From NCBI GenBank assembly GCA_964383535.1, contig CAYLHS010000002.1:4555-68554 (forward strand): DNA of 64,000 nt. Reading direction: 5' to 3'. Under the pieces are notes generated by a model. That model was not told the origin of the DNA, did not search any database, and worked only from the letters and a program-made list of their open reading frames with translations. Positions 10,773-20,956 of the stretch are shown piece by piece. Numbering within the stretch: the stretch's first letter is position 1; each line of letters opens with the position of its first letter. The position numbers and the translations under genes are program-made. The stretch comes from an uncultured Acidimicrobiia bacterium. GTDB taxonomy: Bacteria; Actinomycetota; Acidimicrobiia; Spongiisociales; UBA4744.

Positions 10773-11909
10773 CTACAAGCTGGTGATGGTCTCCCGAATG
10801 AGGAAGTCGACGACCGCCTCGAGCGCCTGCTGCTCGTCGGCGCCATCGGCAAGCGCGGCGTCGTAGGTCGCCACTTGCCGGTCGGCACTGGTGCCACGCA
10901 CCAGAATCTCGGGCACCGCATGGAGTTCCGTGAGGCACCCGAGTTCGGCAGCGTCTTCTTCCAGCTCGTCGATGAGCTCGTCGACGAGGCCCTGAATCGA
11001 AACCAGTGCCCCCTGCCCGAAGTCCATGAGTGGGGCGTGGATGCCATAGCGCTGCGCCCTCCACATGTTCTCCTCGATGAGCATCCTCGCGTAGGTTCGC
11101 CACCGCTTGTTCTCGGAGCGGAGACGGAACAGCATGTGCATGAGCGACACGGTGAGCGCGGCCAGAGCGACCCCATCGTCAAGCCGGGTACAGATGTCGG
11201 TGACCCGCATCTCCAGCGTCGGGTAGCGGGCGCTCGGCCGAATATCCCACCAGAGCTTCGTCGCATCCTCGATCAGTCCGGCATCGACCAGCACGTCCAC
11301 GTGCCGCTGATACTCCCCCCAGCTGGTGAACTGAACTGGTGTGCCGGTGCGCGGGAGCGACTTGAACACCGATGACCGGTAGCTCTTCAGACCCGTGTGT
11401 TGTCCGTGCCAGAACGGCGACGACGTACTCAAAGCGAGAAGGTGAGGCAGGAAGTAGGCGAACTGGTTCATGAGGTCGATTCGCATGTCGTCGTCGTCGA
11501 TGCCCACATGCACGTGCATCCCCGAGATCACGAGCCGTCTCGCCACCGTTTCGAGTTCGCGAAGCAACACCTGATAGCGGGTCTTCTCCGTGACGAGCTG
11601 CTCGCCCCAGCGCGCGAACGGATGGGTCGATGCAGCGATCGGAGCAAATCCGTACCGCCCGGAGACCTCGGAGACCACCCGTCGGAGCCGGGCGAGGTCG
11701 GCCCTGGCTTCGCCAATGGTATGGGAGATGCGGGTGCCGACTTCGATCTGGCCCCGAAGGAACTCCGGACTCACCTGCCCTTCGAGCTGCCGGCTGCATT
11801 CGGACATGAGCTCCGCCGGTGGATCCTTGACGAGATCCCTCGTCGCGAGATCGACGAGCATGTACTCTTCCTCGATTCCGACGGTGAAGCTCGGACGTGG
11901 AACCGGCAC
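10773..11909 (-). CDS. ybdK: Carboxylate-amine ligase, glutamate--cysteine ligase family 2 (YbdK-like)
   Basis: GCS2 family signature along the full length (FTVGIEEEYMLVD, GMHVHVG). Confidence 0.8.
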   Translation of the reverse strand: MPVPRPSFTVGIEEEYMLVDLATRDLVKDPPAELMSECSRQLEGQVSPEFLRGQIEVGTRISHTIGEARADLARLRRVVSEVSGRYGFAPIAASTHPFARWGEQLVTEKTRYQVLLRELETVARRLVISGMHVHVGIDDDDMRIDLMNQFAYFLPHLLALSTSSPFWHGQHTGLKSYRSSVFKSLPRTGTPVQFTSWGEYQRHVDVLVDAGLIEDATKLWWDIRPSARYPTLEMRVTDICTRLDDGVALAALTVSLMHMLFRLRSENKRWRTYARMLIEENMWRAQRYGIHAPLMDFGQGALVSIQGLVDELIDELEEDAAELGCLTELHAVPEILVRGTSADRQVATYDAALADGADEQQALEAVVDFLIRETITSL

Positions 11910-11966
11910 GATCGCTCCCTCCTCCGCCTCACCATATCAGCGACGGACCGACTGAGGACGAGCGAA

Positions 11967-12419
11967 TCAGGGGCTCGTGACGAACACGCTCATGTCGTGA
12001 CAAGTGATGATGTCCTCGGGGAAGTCGGGGAATTGCTGCTCCAACGAATCGCGGACCTCCGACTCACTCGTTGCCGGGCCCTCCCATCCGATGTGGAATA
12101 CGTAGCCGGGCTCCTGGACGAACAGCATGGTCCCGAGGTCGTTGCTGAACCGAACGGTGATCAAGTCGTACCCGCCCTGCCTCGCGAGTTGAAGCAGATC
12201 CGCGTCGAACTCCGTGCCGACGACCTCGGGCTTCTCCTCCTGGAGGTAGGTGTAGACCTTGCTGATCTCGAAGACGGCGTCATCCGAACTCGGAATGATG
12301 TACGCCACGTTCTCGCAGCCCGCCATGGTCGTTGCAGTGGGCAGCGTGGTTGTGGCGGCACCGCCTCCGCACGCGGAAAGCAACAAGAGCGAGGCAATGA
12401 GCATGGCCAGGTATCGCAT
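11967..12419 (-). CDS. Small lipoprotein, hypothetical
   Basis: MRYLAMLIASLLLLSACGG signal peptide with lipobox. The upstream part of the six-frame ORF is Arg-rich out-of-frame junk. Confidence 0.55.
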   Translation of the reverse strand: MRYLAMLIASLLLLSACGGGAATTTLPTATTMAGCENVAYIIPSSDDAVFEISKVYTYLQEEKPEVVGTEFDADLLQLARQGGYDLITVRFSNDLGTMLFVQEPGYVFHIGWEGPATSESEVRDSLEQQFPDFPEDIITCHDMSVFVTSP

Positions 12420-12474
12420 GAGGCGATCATGATGCCAGGCTGAAGAACCTACCCCAAGCGATAGACTCCCCCCG

Positions 12475-12993
12475 ATGCTCCTCGGTGCACTCCTCATCTT
12501 CTGTCTCCGGCTGGTCGACGTCTCCATCGGCGCCGTCCGCATCGTCATGATCGTGCGAGGCGAACGCTGGATCGCCGGTCTCCTCGGCTTCTTCGAGTCC
12601 CTCACCTGGGTCATCGCCGCAGGGCTGGTCTTTTCGAATCTGCACTCACCTGTTCGCATGGTCGCCTACGCGGCCGGGTTCGGCGCAGGAACCATCTTGG
12701 GTTCGACACTGGAACGCGTGCTGAAACTCGGAAAGACCGTCCTGCGAGTCATCACGCCGACCGATACCCCCGAGGTCGCGCCATCACTCCGTCAGGCGGG
12801 TTTCGGGGTGACAGTAGTCAACGCTGAAGGCAAGCAAGGGGAAGTTCGACTCGCCTTCACGGTGATTCCCCGAAAGCGAGCCGCCGAGGCGCTGCAGATC
12901 GTCTCTCGAGTCAACCCGGAGGCGTTCCTCACGCTGGAAGACGTAACGCAGCCCGAACTGCAGGCACACAGATCGTCACGCCTCAGGAAGTGA
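12475..12993 (+). CDS. UPF0316 family membrane protein (DUF5698/DUF2179)
   Basis: Pattern SNL...AYAAGFGAGTILG...GFGVTVVNAEG...RKR...NPEAF matches UPF0316/DUF2179 proteins. Confidence 0.55.
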   Translation: MLLGALLIFCLRLVDVSIGAVRIVMIVRGERWIAGLLGFFESLTWVIAAGLVFSNLHSPVRMVAYAAGFGAGTILGSTLERVLKLGKTVLRVITPTDTPEVAPSLRQAGFGVTVVNAEGKQGEVRLAFTVIPRKRAAEALQIVSRVNPEAFLTLEDVTQPELQAHRSSRLRK

Positions 12994-12996
12994 CGG

Positions 12997-13731
12997 TCAC
13001 AGCAGCATCCGAAGGGCTGCAGCGACCGCGGCTACGACCAGCACCCAACGGATCCACCCCGCACCTTTCTTGATGGCCAGCCGGGACGCAACGAAGGCTC
13101 CGGTCATGTTGCCGACACCGAGGATCAGCCCGGCTCGAAGGTCAACCTGTGAAGCGGTCGCGAAGAAGAAGAGCGTCACCGGCGTGTAGGCGAGGATGAT
13201 CACGACCTTCGCCGCGTTCCCCTTCACCAGTCCGAGGCCGCTACCGAGCACCAACCCGGCCAGCAGCAGGAACCCGACGCCTGCCTGGACGAAACCGCCA
13301 TACAGCCCGATGCCGAAGAACGAGATGCTTCGCCACGGCTCCTTCAGTCGAGGTTCCCCCTCTCTCATCCAGCGTGAGGGTCCGACGAGCACGGACAACG
13401 CGACCAGCACGATCACCAGTCCGAAGATCCGCTTCATGACGTCCGCCGGAATCTGTGTTGCCACCCATGCACCACAGGCTGCACCCACGATGGTCGGCAG
13501 CACGACCGCTTTCACGAGCCGCCATGGCACTTTGCCACCTCGATGGAACGAGATGGACCCGACGATGTTTTGCATCAGGATGGCGATGCGATTCGTCCCG
13601 TTCGCGACGCTGGCGCCCACCACCTCGACGAGAACCGGCAGCGAAATGACGGATCCTCCGCCGGCGACCGTGTTCACGAAGCCTGCGATGATGCCGGTGG
13701 CAAGCAGAAGGAGGACAGTTGGGGCCGGCAC
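12997..13731 (-). CDS. TauE/SafE family sulfite/anion exporter (DUF81)
   Basis: 244 aa, 7-8 TM. Internally duplicated halves with Gly-rich motifs (VAGGGSVISLPVL). Confidence 0.75.
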   Translation of the reverse strand: MPAPTVLLLLATGIIAGFVNTVAGGGSVISLPVLVEVVGASVANGTNRIAILMQNIVGSISFHRGGKVPWRLVKAVVLPTIVGAACGAWVATQIPADVMKRIFGLVIVLVALSVLVGPSRWMREGEPRLKEPWRSISFFGIGLYGGFVQAGVGFLLLAGLVLGSGLGLVKGNAAKVVIILAYTPVTLFFFATASQVDLRAGLILGVGNMTGAFVASRLAIKKGAGWIRWVLVVAAVAAALRMLL

Positions 13732-13873
13732 GTGCGGGATGGTACAGGGTTTGAGAATCCCCTAAGAATCTCTGCAGAGTGCCGTGAGAATCACCTCGAA
13801 CAGGGTCTCACATCGCTGCGGCACCATACCATTTCCCCATGGGAGCCTCGACAACACTCGACACGGAGACCCA

Positions 13874-14959
13874 ATGAAACGACTAGCCATCGCAACCGCA
13901 CTCCTGCTGGCAACTGCGGGATGCACCCTGAACACCTCAACCACCCCCGATACGACGACGACCGGGGCCACGGTCGTCTCGGCAGTGCCGACGACCTCGA
14001 CCACACCCTCGACTTCCGCCGTGTATGGGCTGTTCGACATCTCGCCACTCGTGCGTACCGCAGAATCCGGAGTCGTTGCCGTCACTCAGGACCAGGTCAT
14101 CACCGACTTCCTCGGGAACTCGCAGGAGTTGCCGGCTGGCGCGGGAACAGGTGTCGTCATCGACGGACAAGGGCACATCCTGACCAACTACCACGTCATA
14201 CAGAACGCGTCGAAAGTGACCGTCACGGCCCACGACGGCAAGGCCCGTCCAGCGACGGTTGTCTCCTCTGCTCCTCTCCAGGACCTCGCGGTCCTCGAAG
14301 TGTCGGACACGACGGATCTCGCCCCCCTTCCCCTCGGTGACTCCGACTCGATCGAAGTCGGAGACCCTGCTATCGCCATCGGCAACGCGCTCGCCCTGAA
14401 CGCCTCGGAACCGACCGTGTCGCTTGGCATCATCTCTGCGCTCCACAGGCAGATCCAGACGGAACTCGGGACCGTTGAGGACGCGATCCAAACCGACGCA
14501 GCGATCAACCCCGGCAACTCCGGTGGTCCTCTGCTGAACGCCGCCGGCCAAGTCATCGGCATCAACACGGCGATCGCCGGCAATGCGCAGAACGTGGGCT
14601 TCGCCATTCCCATCAACAACGCAAAGCGCGTGCTGAACCGCTTCGAGCGTGGTGTGGGTCAGCCCTACCTCGGTGTCGCGGTCGCCGACAACTCCCAAGC
14701 GGCGGCCGAGCAGCTCAACCTGTCGATCGACACCGGAGCCCTACTGACCCAGATCTATCCAGGAAGCGCAGCCGACCAGGCAGGGCTGCAGCAGTACGAC
14801 GTGGTCGTGACATTCAACGGGATCGACATCGCCAACGCATCCGACCTGGTCAACGCGATCAACGACACCGACCCCGGTCAACAAGTCCAGCTCGAGTATG
14901 TGCGAGGTGATGCTCACGAGACCGCGACCATCACCGTCGACGAACGCCCGTCTGCGTGA
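13874..14959 (+). CDS. HtrA/DegP-family trypsin-like serine protease with PDZ domain; lipoprotein-like signal peptide
   Basis: Catalytic triad context: His in TNYHVIQ, Asp in DLAVLE, Ser in GNSGGPL. C-terminal PDZ domain. Thr-rich linker after the LLATAGC signal. Confidence 0.85.
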   Translation: MKRLAIATALLLATAGCTLNTSTTPDTTTTGATVVSAVPTTSTTPSTSAVYGLFDISPLVRTAESGVVAVTQDQVITDFLGNSQELPAGAGTGVVIDGQGHILTNYHVIQNASKVTVTAHDGKARPATVVSSAPLQDLAVLEVSDTTDLAPLPLGDSDSIEVGDPAIAIGNALALNASEPTVSLGIISALHRQIQTELGTVEDAIQTDAAINPGNSGGPLLNAAGQVIGINTAIAGNAQNVGFAIPINNAKRVLNRFERGVGQPYLGVAVADNSQAAAEQLNLSIDTGALLTQIYPGSAADQAGLQQYDVVVTFNGIDIANASDLVNAINDTDPGQQVQLEYVRGDAHETATITVDERPSA

Positions 14960-14999
14960 TTCCGAGACTGACCTGCCACCGTATCCCCTCCCCGGCAGG

Positions 15000-16991
15000 T
15001 CAGTCTCGCGCCCCTTCCTCGCCGGTAGGTCTGAGACGGTGCAGAAGGCGTTCCCTCATCCGCTCATCGCCGAAACAGGTGATCCTGTCGCCCGCCCGTA
15101 TGACCGTGCCCCCCTGTGCCACCAATACCTCGCCTTCGCGAACCACCGAGACGGCGAGGCACCCCTCCGGCCATGGCACCTCCTTCACTTGCCTGCCGAC
15201 GGCCATCGAACGCTCCGGAACGACGAAGTCGAAGAAGTGACTGCCAACCCTGGTCTTGAGCCGGTAGTGCTCGCGCTCGGCGGCCTGCCGGAGAGCGGCA
15301 CCCCTGGCCCGGTGATAGGCGTTCACGGCGTCTTCCCGACGGAACATCCCTACCAGATGCCGTGCATCCTCATCATCGACAACGGGGATCCTCCCGACAC
15401 CCAGCGCCGCCATTCGCTCGAGCGCTTCCGATGCGGCCGTTGATGGGGTCACGGTGACGGGTTTCGGCGTCATGGCGTCCTGGACCAGCACCTGGTCGGA
15501 CGGACCACCGGCGCGAACAACGTCGGCCACCGTCACCACTCCCACGAGATGCTCATCGGCGTCGACGACCGGCAGCCCATGGTGCCGTTCTCTGTCGAAC
15601 ATCCCTTGGAGCTCGCCGAGGGTCGTGTGCGCGACGACCGCCATGGAGTCGACCGTCATTGCGTCCCCGACCCGAACGGTGTCCAGTAGATCGATCTCGC
15701 CACCCCTGGTCACTCGGATCCCCATCCGGGTCAGCGGCTTCGTGTAGGCGCTGTCCGGATACAGGCGCGGCGCAACGAGCATCGCAACGGCGGCCGCAAC
15801 CATCAGCGGCAGCACGAGCCCGTAGTCACCGGTCACCTCGAACACGATGAGGATCGCCGTCAAGGGGGCGCGGGCGACGGCGGTGAACGCGGCCGCCATT
15901 CCCACCAGCGCGAAGGCCTCGGGGTGAAGCACCGAGACGTGCCACACACTCCCGAGCACGTGGGCGAAGCCGGAACCGATGGTCGCACCGATGAAGAGGC
16001 TCGGCATGAAGATGCCACCTGAACCTCGAGCACCGAACGTGGCGCCGGTTGCGATCGGCTTGACCAAGGCAAGGACCAGGAGGAACCACCAGACGAGACC
16101 CGACTCGCCGTTGAGGAGCCCACCGATGAACGACTGGCCGGTGCCGGCGATCTCAGGGAAGAACGTGACCGGAATCGCAACGGCGAACGACACGAGCAGT
16201 GGGCGACGCCACCCTCTCAGCACGTCGGGCTTGTCCTCCCAGAAGTCGAGGGACCACAGCAGCACCAAACCGCCGGCGACGCACAGCAACCCGAGGACGG
16301 CATAGGCGAGAAGTTCGGTGGGGTGTCCGATCGAGTGTGCGGCCACACTGAAGGTGAGTCCCTCTCCCAGGATGCTGTGGGAAACGACGGCACCGGCGAC
16401 CGTCGCCACCACGACCGTGTGAAGGTGTCTCACCGAGAAGCTGCCGAGGATCACTTCCATCGCGAAGAACATCCCCGCGATCGGGGCGTTGAACGTCGCG
16501 GCAATTCCCGCGCCCGCCCCCGCGGCAACGAGACCGATCACGCCGCCTTCTGGAAGCTGGAGTCGCTTTCCGACGAACGATCCGAGTCCAGCGCCGATCT
16601 GCGCAATGGGGCCTTCACGACCGGCGCTTCCGCCTGCACCAATCGTGATCGCGGATGCGATGACCTTCAAGGGACCGACGAGCCACCGGATGGCACCACC
16701 AGACACCGTGATCGCAGCCAGGATCTGCGGAACGCCGTGACCAGCCGCTTCGGGAGCGAACGTCTTCGTGAGCCACCACGAAGCCATCAGCGCGGCCGGT
16801 ATCACCACGAGTGGAACCAGATGCGGTATCTGAACGATGCCGTCGAGGCGCCTGACCAGCTCCGCCAGTGAGTCGATCGCCTCGATCAGAAGGACCGCTC
16901 CAAGCCCGGCGCCGGCCCCGACGAAACCGGCGACGACCATCATCGCAGTCACATTCCCAGGACGAACAAACCGGCGACGCAACGTTGTCAC
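15000..16991 (-). CDS. ClC-family voltage-gated chloride channel with C-terminal CBS pair and TrkA-C (RCK_C) domain
   Basis: GREGP, GxFxP and GIFMP ClC selectivity motifs. Two CBS domains. Terminal RCK_C domain. Confidence 0.85.
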   Translation of the reverse strand: MTTLRRRFVRPGNVTAMMVVAGFVGAGAGLGAVLLIEAIDSLAELVRRLDGIVQIPHLVPLVVIPAALMASWWLTKTFAPEAAGHGVPQILAAITVSGGAIRWLVGPLKVIASAITIGAGGSAGREGPIAQIGAGLGSFVGKRLQLPEGGVIGLVAAGAGAGIAATFNAPIAGMFFAMEVILGSFSVRHLHTVVVATVAGAVVSHSILGEGLTFSVAAHSIGHPTELLAYAVLGLLCVAGGLVLLWSLDFWEDKPDVLRGWRRPLLVSFAVAIPVTFFPEIAGTGQSFIGGLLNGESGLVWWFLLVLALVKPIATGATFGARGSGGIFMPSLFIGATIGSGFAHVLGSVWHVSVLHPEAFALVGMAAAFTAVARAPLTAILIVFEVTGDYGLVLPLMVAAAVAMLVAPRLYPDSAYTKPLTRMGIRVTRGGEIDLLDTVRVGDAMTVDSMAVVAHTTLGELQGMFDRERHHGLPVVDADEHLVGVVTVADVVRAGGPSDQVLVQDAMTPKPVTVTPSTAASEALERMAALGVGRIPVVDDEDARHLVGMFRREDAVNAYHRARGAALRQAAEREHYRLKTRVGSHFFDFVVPERSMAVGRQVKEVPWPEGCLAVSVVREGEVLVAQGGTVIRAGDRITCFGDERMRERLLHRLRPTGEEGARD

Positions 16992-17057
16992 AATCGATCA
17001 GCGTAGGCCATCTCGCCCTCGGTCTCGCGCCTTCGGCCATCCCGGTAGTGTCAACTC

Positions 17058-17555
17058 GTGGAGCATCCGTACGTTCGACTCGCCCGGGACACCCTGCGTC
17101 ACTATCTGACGACGGGGAACCTGCCGGTCCTCAAGGGGTCGTCGCCGCCGGGAGGTGTCTTCGTCTCCTTGCACGACACCAACGGCCTTCGTGGGTGCAT
17201 AGGAAGCATCAGCGGCGACTCGGACTCCCTCGAGACGGAGGTCGCCCGGCAGGCGGTCAACGCCGCTGTTCATGACCCACGTTTCCCTCCGCTGCGGGCC
17301 TCCGAAGTCGACGAACTCGACATCACCGTGTACCTCCTCGGCCCGCCGGAGGAAGTGAATACTCTCGCCTTCCTCGACCCTGCCCACTACGGACTGATCG
17401 TGGAGGGAAGGAGGGGACGTCGCGGGCTGCTCTTGCCGGCCATCCCAGGGATAGAGACGCCCGAAGCACAGGTCGACATCGCCAAGCGGAAGGCACACAT
17501 CGGCGCAGAGGAGCCCGTCCGTCTCCTCCGATTCGAAGCCACGATCCTGCACTGA
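17058..17555 (+). CDS. AMMECR1 domain protein
   Basis: LRGCIGS motif and overall AMMECR1 conservation. 165 aa. Confidence 0.8.
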   Translation: MEHPYVRLARDTLRHYLTTGNLPVLKGSSPPGGVFVSLHDTNGLRGCIGSISGDSDSLETEVARQAVNAAVHDPRFPPLRASEVDELDITVYLLGPPEEVNTLAFLDPAHYGLIVEGRRGRRGLLLPAIPGIETPEAQVDIAKRKAHIGAEEPVRLLRFEATILH

Positions 17556-17888
17556 GGCGAGTTGACGCTCGCCGTACCTCGTATGGACAGCGGCAATGGG
17601 ACCGCGGGGCGATCCGACGGGTTTCCTCGCAGAGCGACACGGAGCAGGAACGGACACGGAAGACGGTCGAAGGCTCGCGAAACAGGCCTCACCCTTCTGT
17701 CGCGTTCGAGGGGACGGGCGGCGGTAGTGCCACGAGTGCTCTTGCCCAAACCGTGGACGCGGATCACAGCCGGGGTTCCGACCGCTCGCTGCGTTCGCCG
17801 GCGACCGAGACAGGGCGCTCGAAGCAGCGACCCCGATTTCCGGTACCGACGACCGCAGTCCTCTTGGAGGCGCAACCCGGGATTGGTT

Positions 17889-17917
17889 CTTGACGTGACC
17901 GCGAAGAGCGCGTAAAC
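17889..17917 (+). promoter_or_regulatory. Putative sigma70-like promoter for the 17944 gene
   Basis: TTGACG-N17-TAAACA. AAGGGA RBS 4 nt before the ATG. Confidence 0.3.
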
Positions 17918-17943
17918 ATCTCTATGAGCGCGCAAGGGACACC

Positions 17944-18597
17944 ATGATACGAATAAGCGGGATCGTCCGCCTCCCAGATGATCTCGACTCGGGCATCACC
18001 GCAGTCGTTCAGATCGTGAACGATCAGCTCCGCCTCCGAACAGGTCGAACCGACCTCGGGAGTTGGCCGATTGCCGATGTCGACATCAACCGCGTCTCTC
18101 CGCAAGAGTTCCAGCTCGTCATCGGTGATGACGTGATCAACTTCCAGCCGACCAACCCGGACTTCTTCGCGTCACTCCAGTTCGTCGAGGCCGCCCACCA
18201 AACGACCGGAGTGAAGAAGCGAAAGAAGCAGCGCGCGGCCCGAGCTCCTGGGGACACACGTCCGCCACGGCCTGAGGAAGCTGCATCGCCGATCCCGCCC
18301 GAACCTCCGCCACCCGCCGACGAGACCATCGAACTGGACCTTACGGAGGAGAAGGTCGCGGCCCCAACCCGACCGCGTCGACTCCTCACCAGAACGAAGA
18401 ACCTCAGTGCGGCCACGCGCGATCAGCTCCGGCAAACCGGCATATGGCCCCTCGATCGGCTGAAGGCATACGGTCCCGACGACTCGGTCGCGCCCGACCA
18501 CATCCACACGTACGGAACATCCACCATCCAGGCGGGGCTCATCCGGCGGGTCTGTTCCGAGTGCGGTCACGTGTCGTTCCTCCCGAAGGAGAACTGA
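17944..18597 (+). CDS. Hypothetical protein: N-terminal PH-like domain, KKRKK/Pro-rich linker, C-terminal zinc ribbon (CSECGH)
   Basis: Good RBS and promoter. Coding-like composition. No recognised family. Confidence 0.5.
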   Translation: MIRISGIVRLPDDLDSGITAVVQIVNDQLRLRTGRTDLGSWPIADVDINRVSPQEFQLVIGDDVINFQPTNPDFFASLQFVEAAHQTTGVKKRKKQRAARAPGDTRPPRPEEAASPIPPEPPPPADETIELDLTEEKVAAPTRPRRLLTRTKNLSAATRDQLRQTGIWPLDRLKAYGPDDSVAPDHIHTYGTSTIQAGLIRRVCSECGHVSFLPKEN

Positions 18598-18617
18598 CCC
18601 CGCGGGTCGGCGCCTGG

Positions 18618-19586
18618 CTACTCCCTCCCCATCCCTCGCACGAACTCGGCGGCGATCGCAATGGCGCGAGCAGCTGCCGGATGGTCGGGCAGGATGGCAG
18701 GCCACACGTGGATCATGTCCGGCTCGATGTGGAGGGTGACCTGCGCTCCATCGGCGGTGGCCTTGTCCGCGAGACGAGTGGCGTCATCCAGGATCATCTC
18801 GCGACTACCGGCGAAGATCAACAGCGGGGGGATTCCGGCGAAGTCTCCATACATCGGCGAGGCAAGAGGATCGCGAGGGTTGTGGTCTCCGAGATATGCC
18901 GTGTTGGGTGAGGGTTCTCCCAGCGGGAGATAGTCGGTCGCCGCATTGGTGACGATGGACGCGGCCGTGTGCTCGAGGTCCGTGTATGGCGAGAACAGGA
19001 CGGCCCCGGCCGGCAGGCGACGCCCCTCGTCTCGGAGGTGAAACATCAACGCGCACGCGAGACCTCCCCCGGCCGAGTCCCCTGCGACGACGACGGTGTG
19101 CGACTCCAATGCCTCGTAGACCGCCACGGCGTCATCGACCGCTGCGGGAAATCGGTGCTCGGGACCGAGCCGGTAGTCGGGAACGAACGTCTTCAGTCCC
19201 AGTGCCCACGTGAGACGGCACGCGAACTGGCGGTGGGTGGCCGGGCTCCCTCCGAGGTATGCGCCCCCGTGCAAGTACAGCAAGATCGAGTCGTCGTCGA
19301 AGCCAACCCTCGTGATCCACTCTCCCGGCACACCACCGACGTCGCCGGGCTCGACCCGCACGAGTGTCCGCAGCTCACGGGGCACGGGTGGGTCCAGACG
19401 GCGTTCGAGGACCCGCCGGTTCGGCCGACTCATCTCCAGAATCGTCCGGAGTGCGACAACCCGCAGCTCAACCGCCCACGACCAATCATCGACCAACGGT
19501 CCGCAGGCCAGTCGCCGCACGACGGCTCGTACCACAGACCAGGCGGTGAACACGAGGAGCTTCGCCATGCCGCCCATGCTACGCAC
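18618..19586 (-). CDS. Alpha/beta hydrolase fold-3 esterase/lipase (HSL family)
   Basis: HGGAY oxyanion-hole motif. GDSAGG nucleophile elbow. Confidence 0.85.
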   Translation of the reverse strand: MRSMGGMAKLLVFTAWSVVRAVVRRLACGPLVDDWSWAVELRVVALRTILEMSRPNRRVLERRLDPPVPRELRTLVRVEPGDVGGVPGEWITRVGFDDDSILLYLHGGAYLGGSPATHRQFACRLTWALGLKTFVPDYRLGPEHRFPAAVDDAVAVYEALESHTVVVAGDSAGGGLACALMFHLRDEGRRLPAGAVLFSPYTDLEHTAASIVTNAATDYLPLGEPSPNTAYLGDHNPRDPLASPMYGDFAGIPPLLIFAGSREMILDDATRLADKATADGAQVTLHIEPDMIHVWPAILPDHPAAARAIAIAAEFVRGMGRE

Positions 19587-19630
19587 GACGTCCGCGCTAC
19601 CGCCAGAGGACCGCCGTCACCGCGACTAAC

Positions 19631-20956
19631 GTGATCGGGCTGATGAGCCGAGAGAAGAGCGACGCCCGCGGCCTGGTCATACTGGGGCTGGTTGCCGCTG
19701 TAGCGGGGTTCATCGTCGGGATCGTCGGGGGCTACTTCCGCAAGCTGTTGTTCGAAGCCGACGACCTGAGACTGTCGTTTCTCACGTGGGCCCACGATTG
19801 GTCGGGACCGGGTTGGATCCTGCTGATCCTCGTGGTTGTCGTGTGTGTCGTTCTGGCACGCCTCGTCGTCCTCGCCGTCCCACGCGTGTCCGGGAGTGGA
19901 ATCCAGGACGTCGAGGCCGTGTTCAAGGGCGAGGTTCCCGCAACCTCCTGGGAGGTGCTACCCGCCAAATTCGTCGGTGGTGTGCTCGCCATCGGGGCTG
20001 GCCTGGCGCTCGGCCGTGAAGGGCCCACGGTGCACCTTGGGGCCTCGATCGGCTCGGAGGCGGGACGACGATTCCGGCTCGACGATCAAGATGTACGCAT
20101 CCTCCAAACGGCACTCGGCGGCGCCGGGCTCGGCGTCGCGTTCAACGCACCTCTGGGCGGCGCACTGTTCGTCTTCGAAGAGATCGCCAAGACTATTCGA
20201 CTCCGACTGGGTCTTGCCACCTTGATCGGCACCTCGACGGCCATCGCCGCATCACGCATGATCCTCGGCGATCGGCCCGACTTCCTCGTCGGCCAGATCG
20301 GCACCCCCGTGGGGTGGACGCTGGTCGTGTTCCTCGCGTTTGGGGTGGTCACCGGCGTCGCGGGAGCTTGGTACAACAGGCTCATCGTGTTCATGCTCCG
20401 ACTCTCCGATCGGGCGCAGCGCGTTCCGCCGCTCGCCCAGGCCGCCGCCATCGGGGTGGTGGTAGGAGTGTTGTTGTGGTTCGACCCACTCGTCGCGACC
20501 GGAGGTGGAGATCGTCTCACCCAGGAGCTGCTCGGCGGTGGCATCGCACTCGCGTCGGTCGCCGGCTATTTCCTGATCCGCTTCTTCCTCGGCCCGCTGT
20601 CCTACGCGGGTCAGACACCGGGTGGGTTGTTCTCCCCCCTCCTCGCCGTGGGCGCGCTATGGGGGGTGGTCGTGCATGGCCTCGGAGGACATTTCCTCTC
20701 CGGTCCGGGTACGGGAGCCGCCGCGTTTGCGATCATCGGCATGTCAACGTTGTTCGCCGCGATCGTTCGGGCCCCGCTCACCGGGATCGTTCTCATCATC
20801 GAAATGACCGCAACGACGACCCTCGTGGTACCTATGCTTGCCGCTGCCTTCGGGGCGGTGATCACCACGTCGCTGATGCACAACGAGCCGATCTACGACA
20901 GCCTCGGAAGACGGATGATGGCGTCGCTTTCGCCCTTCGGAAAGCACGAGAAGTAG
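19631..20956 (+). CDS. ClC-family chloride channel (second copy, no CBS domains)
   Basis: GSGIQ, GREGP and GxLFxP ClC motifs. About 440 aa. Confidence 0.85.
   Translation: MIGLMSREKSDARGLVILGLVAAVAGFIVGIVGGYFRKLLFEADDLRLSFLTWAHDWSGPGWILLILVVVVCVVLARLVVLAVPRVSGSGIQDVEAVFKGEVPATSWEVLPAKFVGGVLAIGAGLALGREGPTVHLGASIGSEAGRRFRLDDQDVRILQTALGGAGLGVAFNAPLGGALFVFEEIAKTIRLRLGLATLIGTSTAIAASRMILGDRPDFLVGQIGTPVGWTLVVFLAFGVVTGVAGAWYNRLIVFMLRLSDRAQRVPPLAQAAAIGVVVGVLLWFDPLVATGGGDRLTQELLGGGIALASVAGYFLIRFFLGPLSYAGQTPGGLFSPLLAVGALWGVVVHGLGGHFLSGPGTGAAAFAIIGMSTLFAAIVRAPLTGIVLIIEMTATTTLVVPMLAAAFGAVITTSLMHNEPIYDSLGRRMMASLSPFGKHEK

Noticed and set aside
17605-17620. tmRNA-like 5' string GGGGCGATCCGACGGG.
   Set aside because: No matching 3' acceptor/T-arm (GGTTCnAnTCC...CCA) anywhere nearby and no tag-peptide reading frame. 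Not ssrA. The same region also lacks RNase P P4 and GGAAAGTCCGG signatures.
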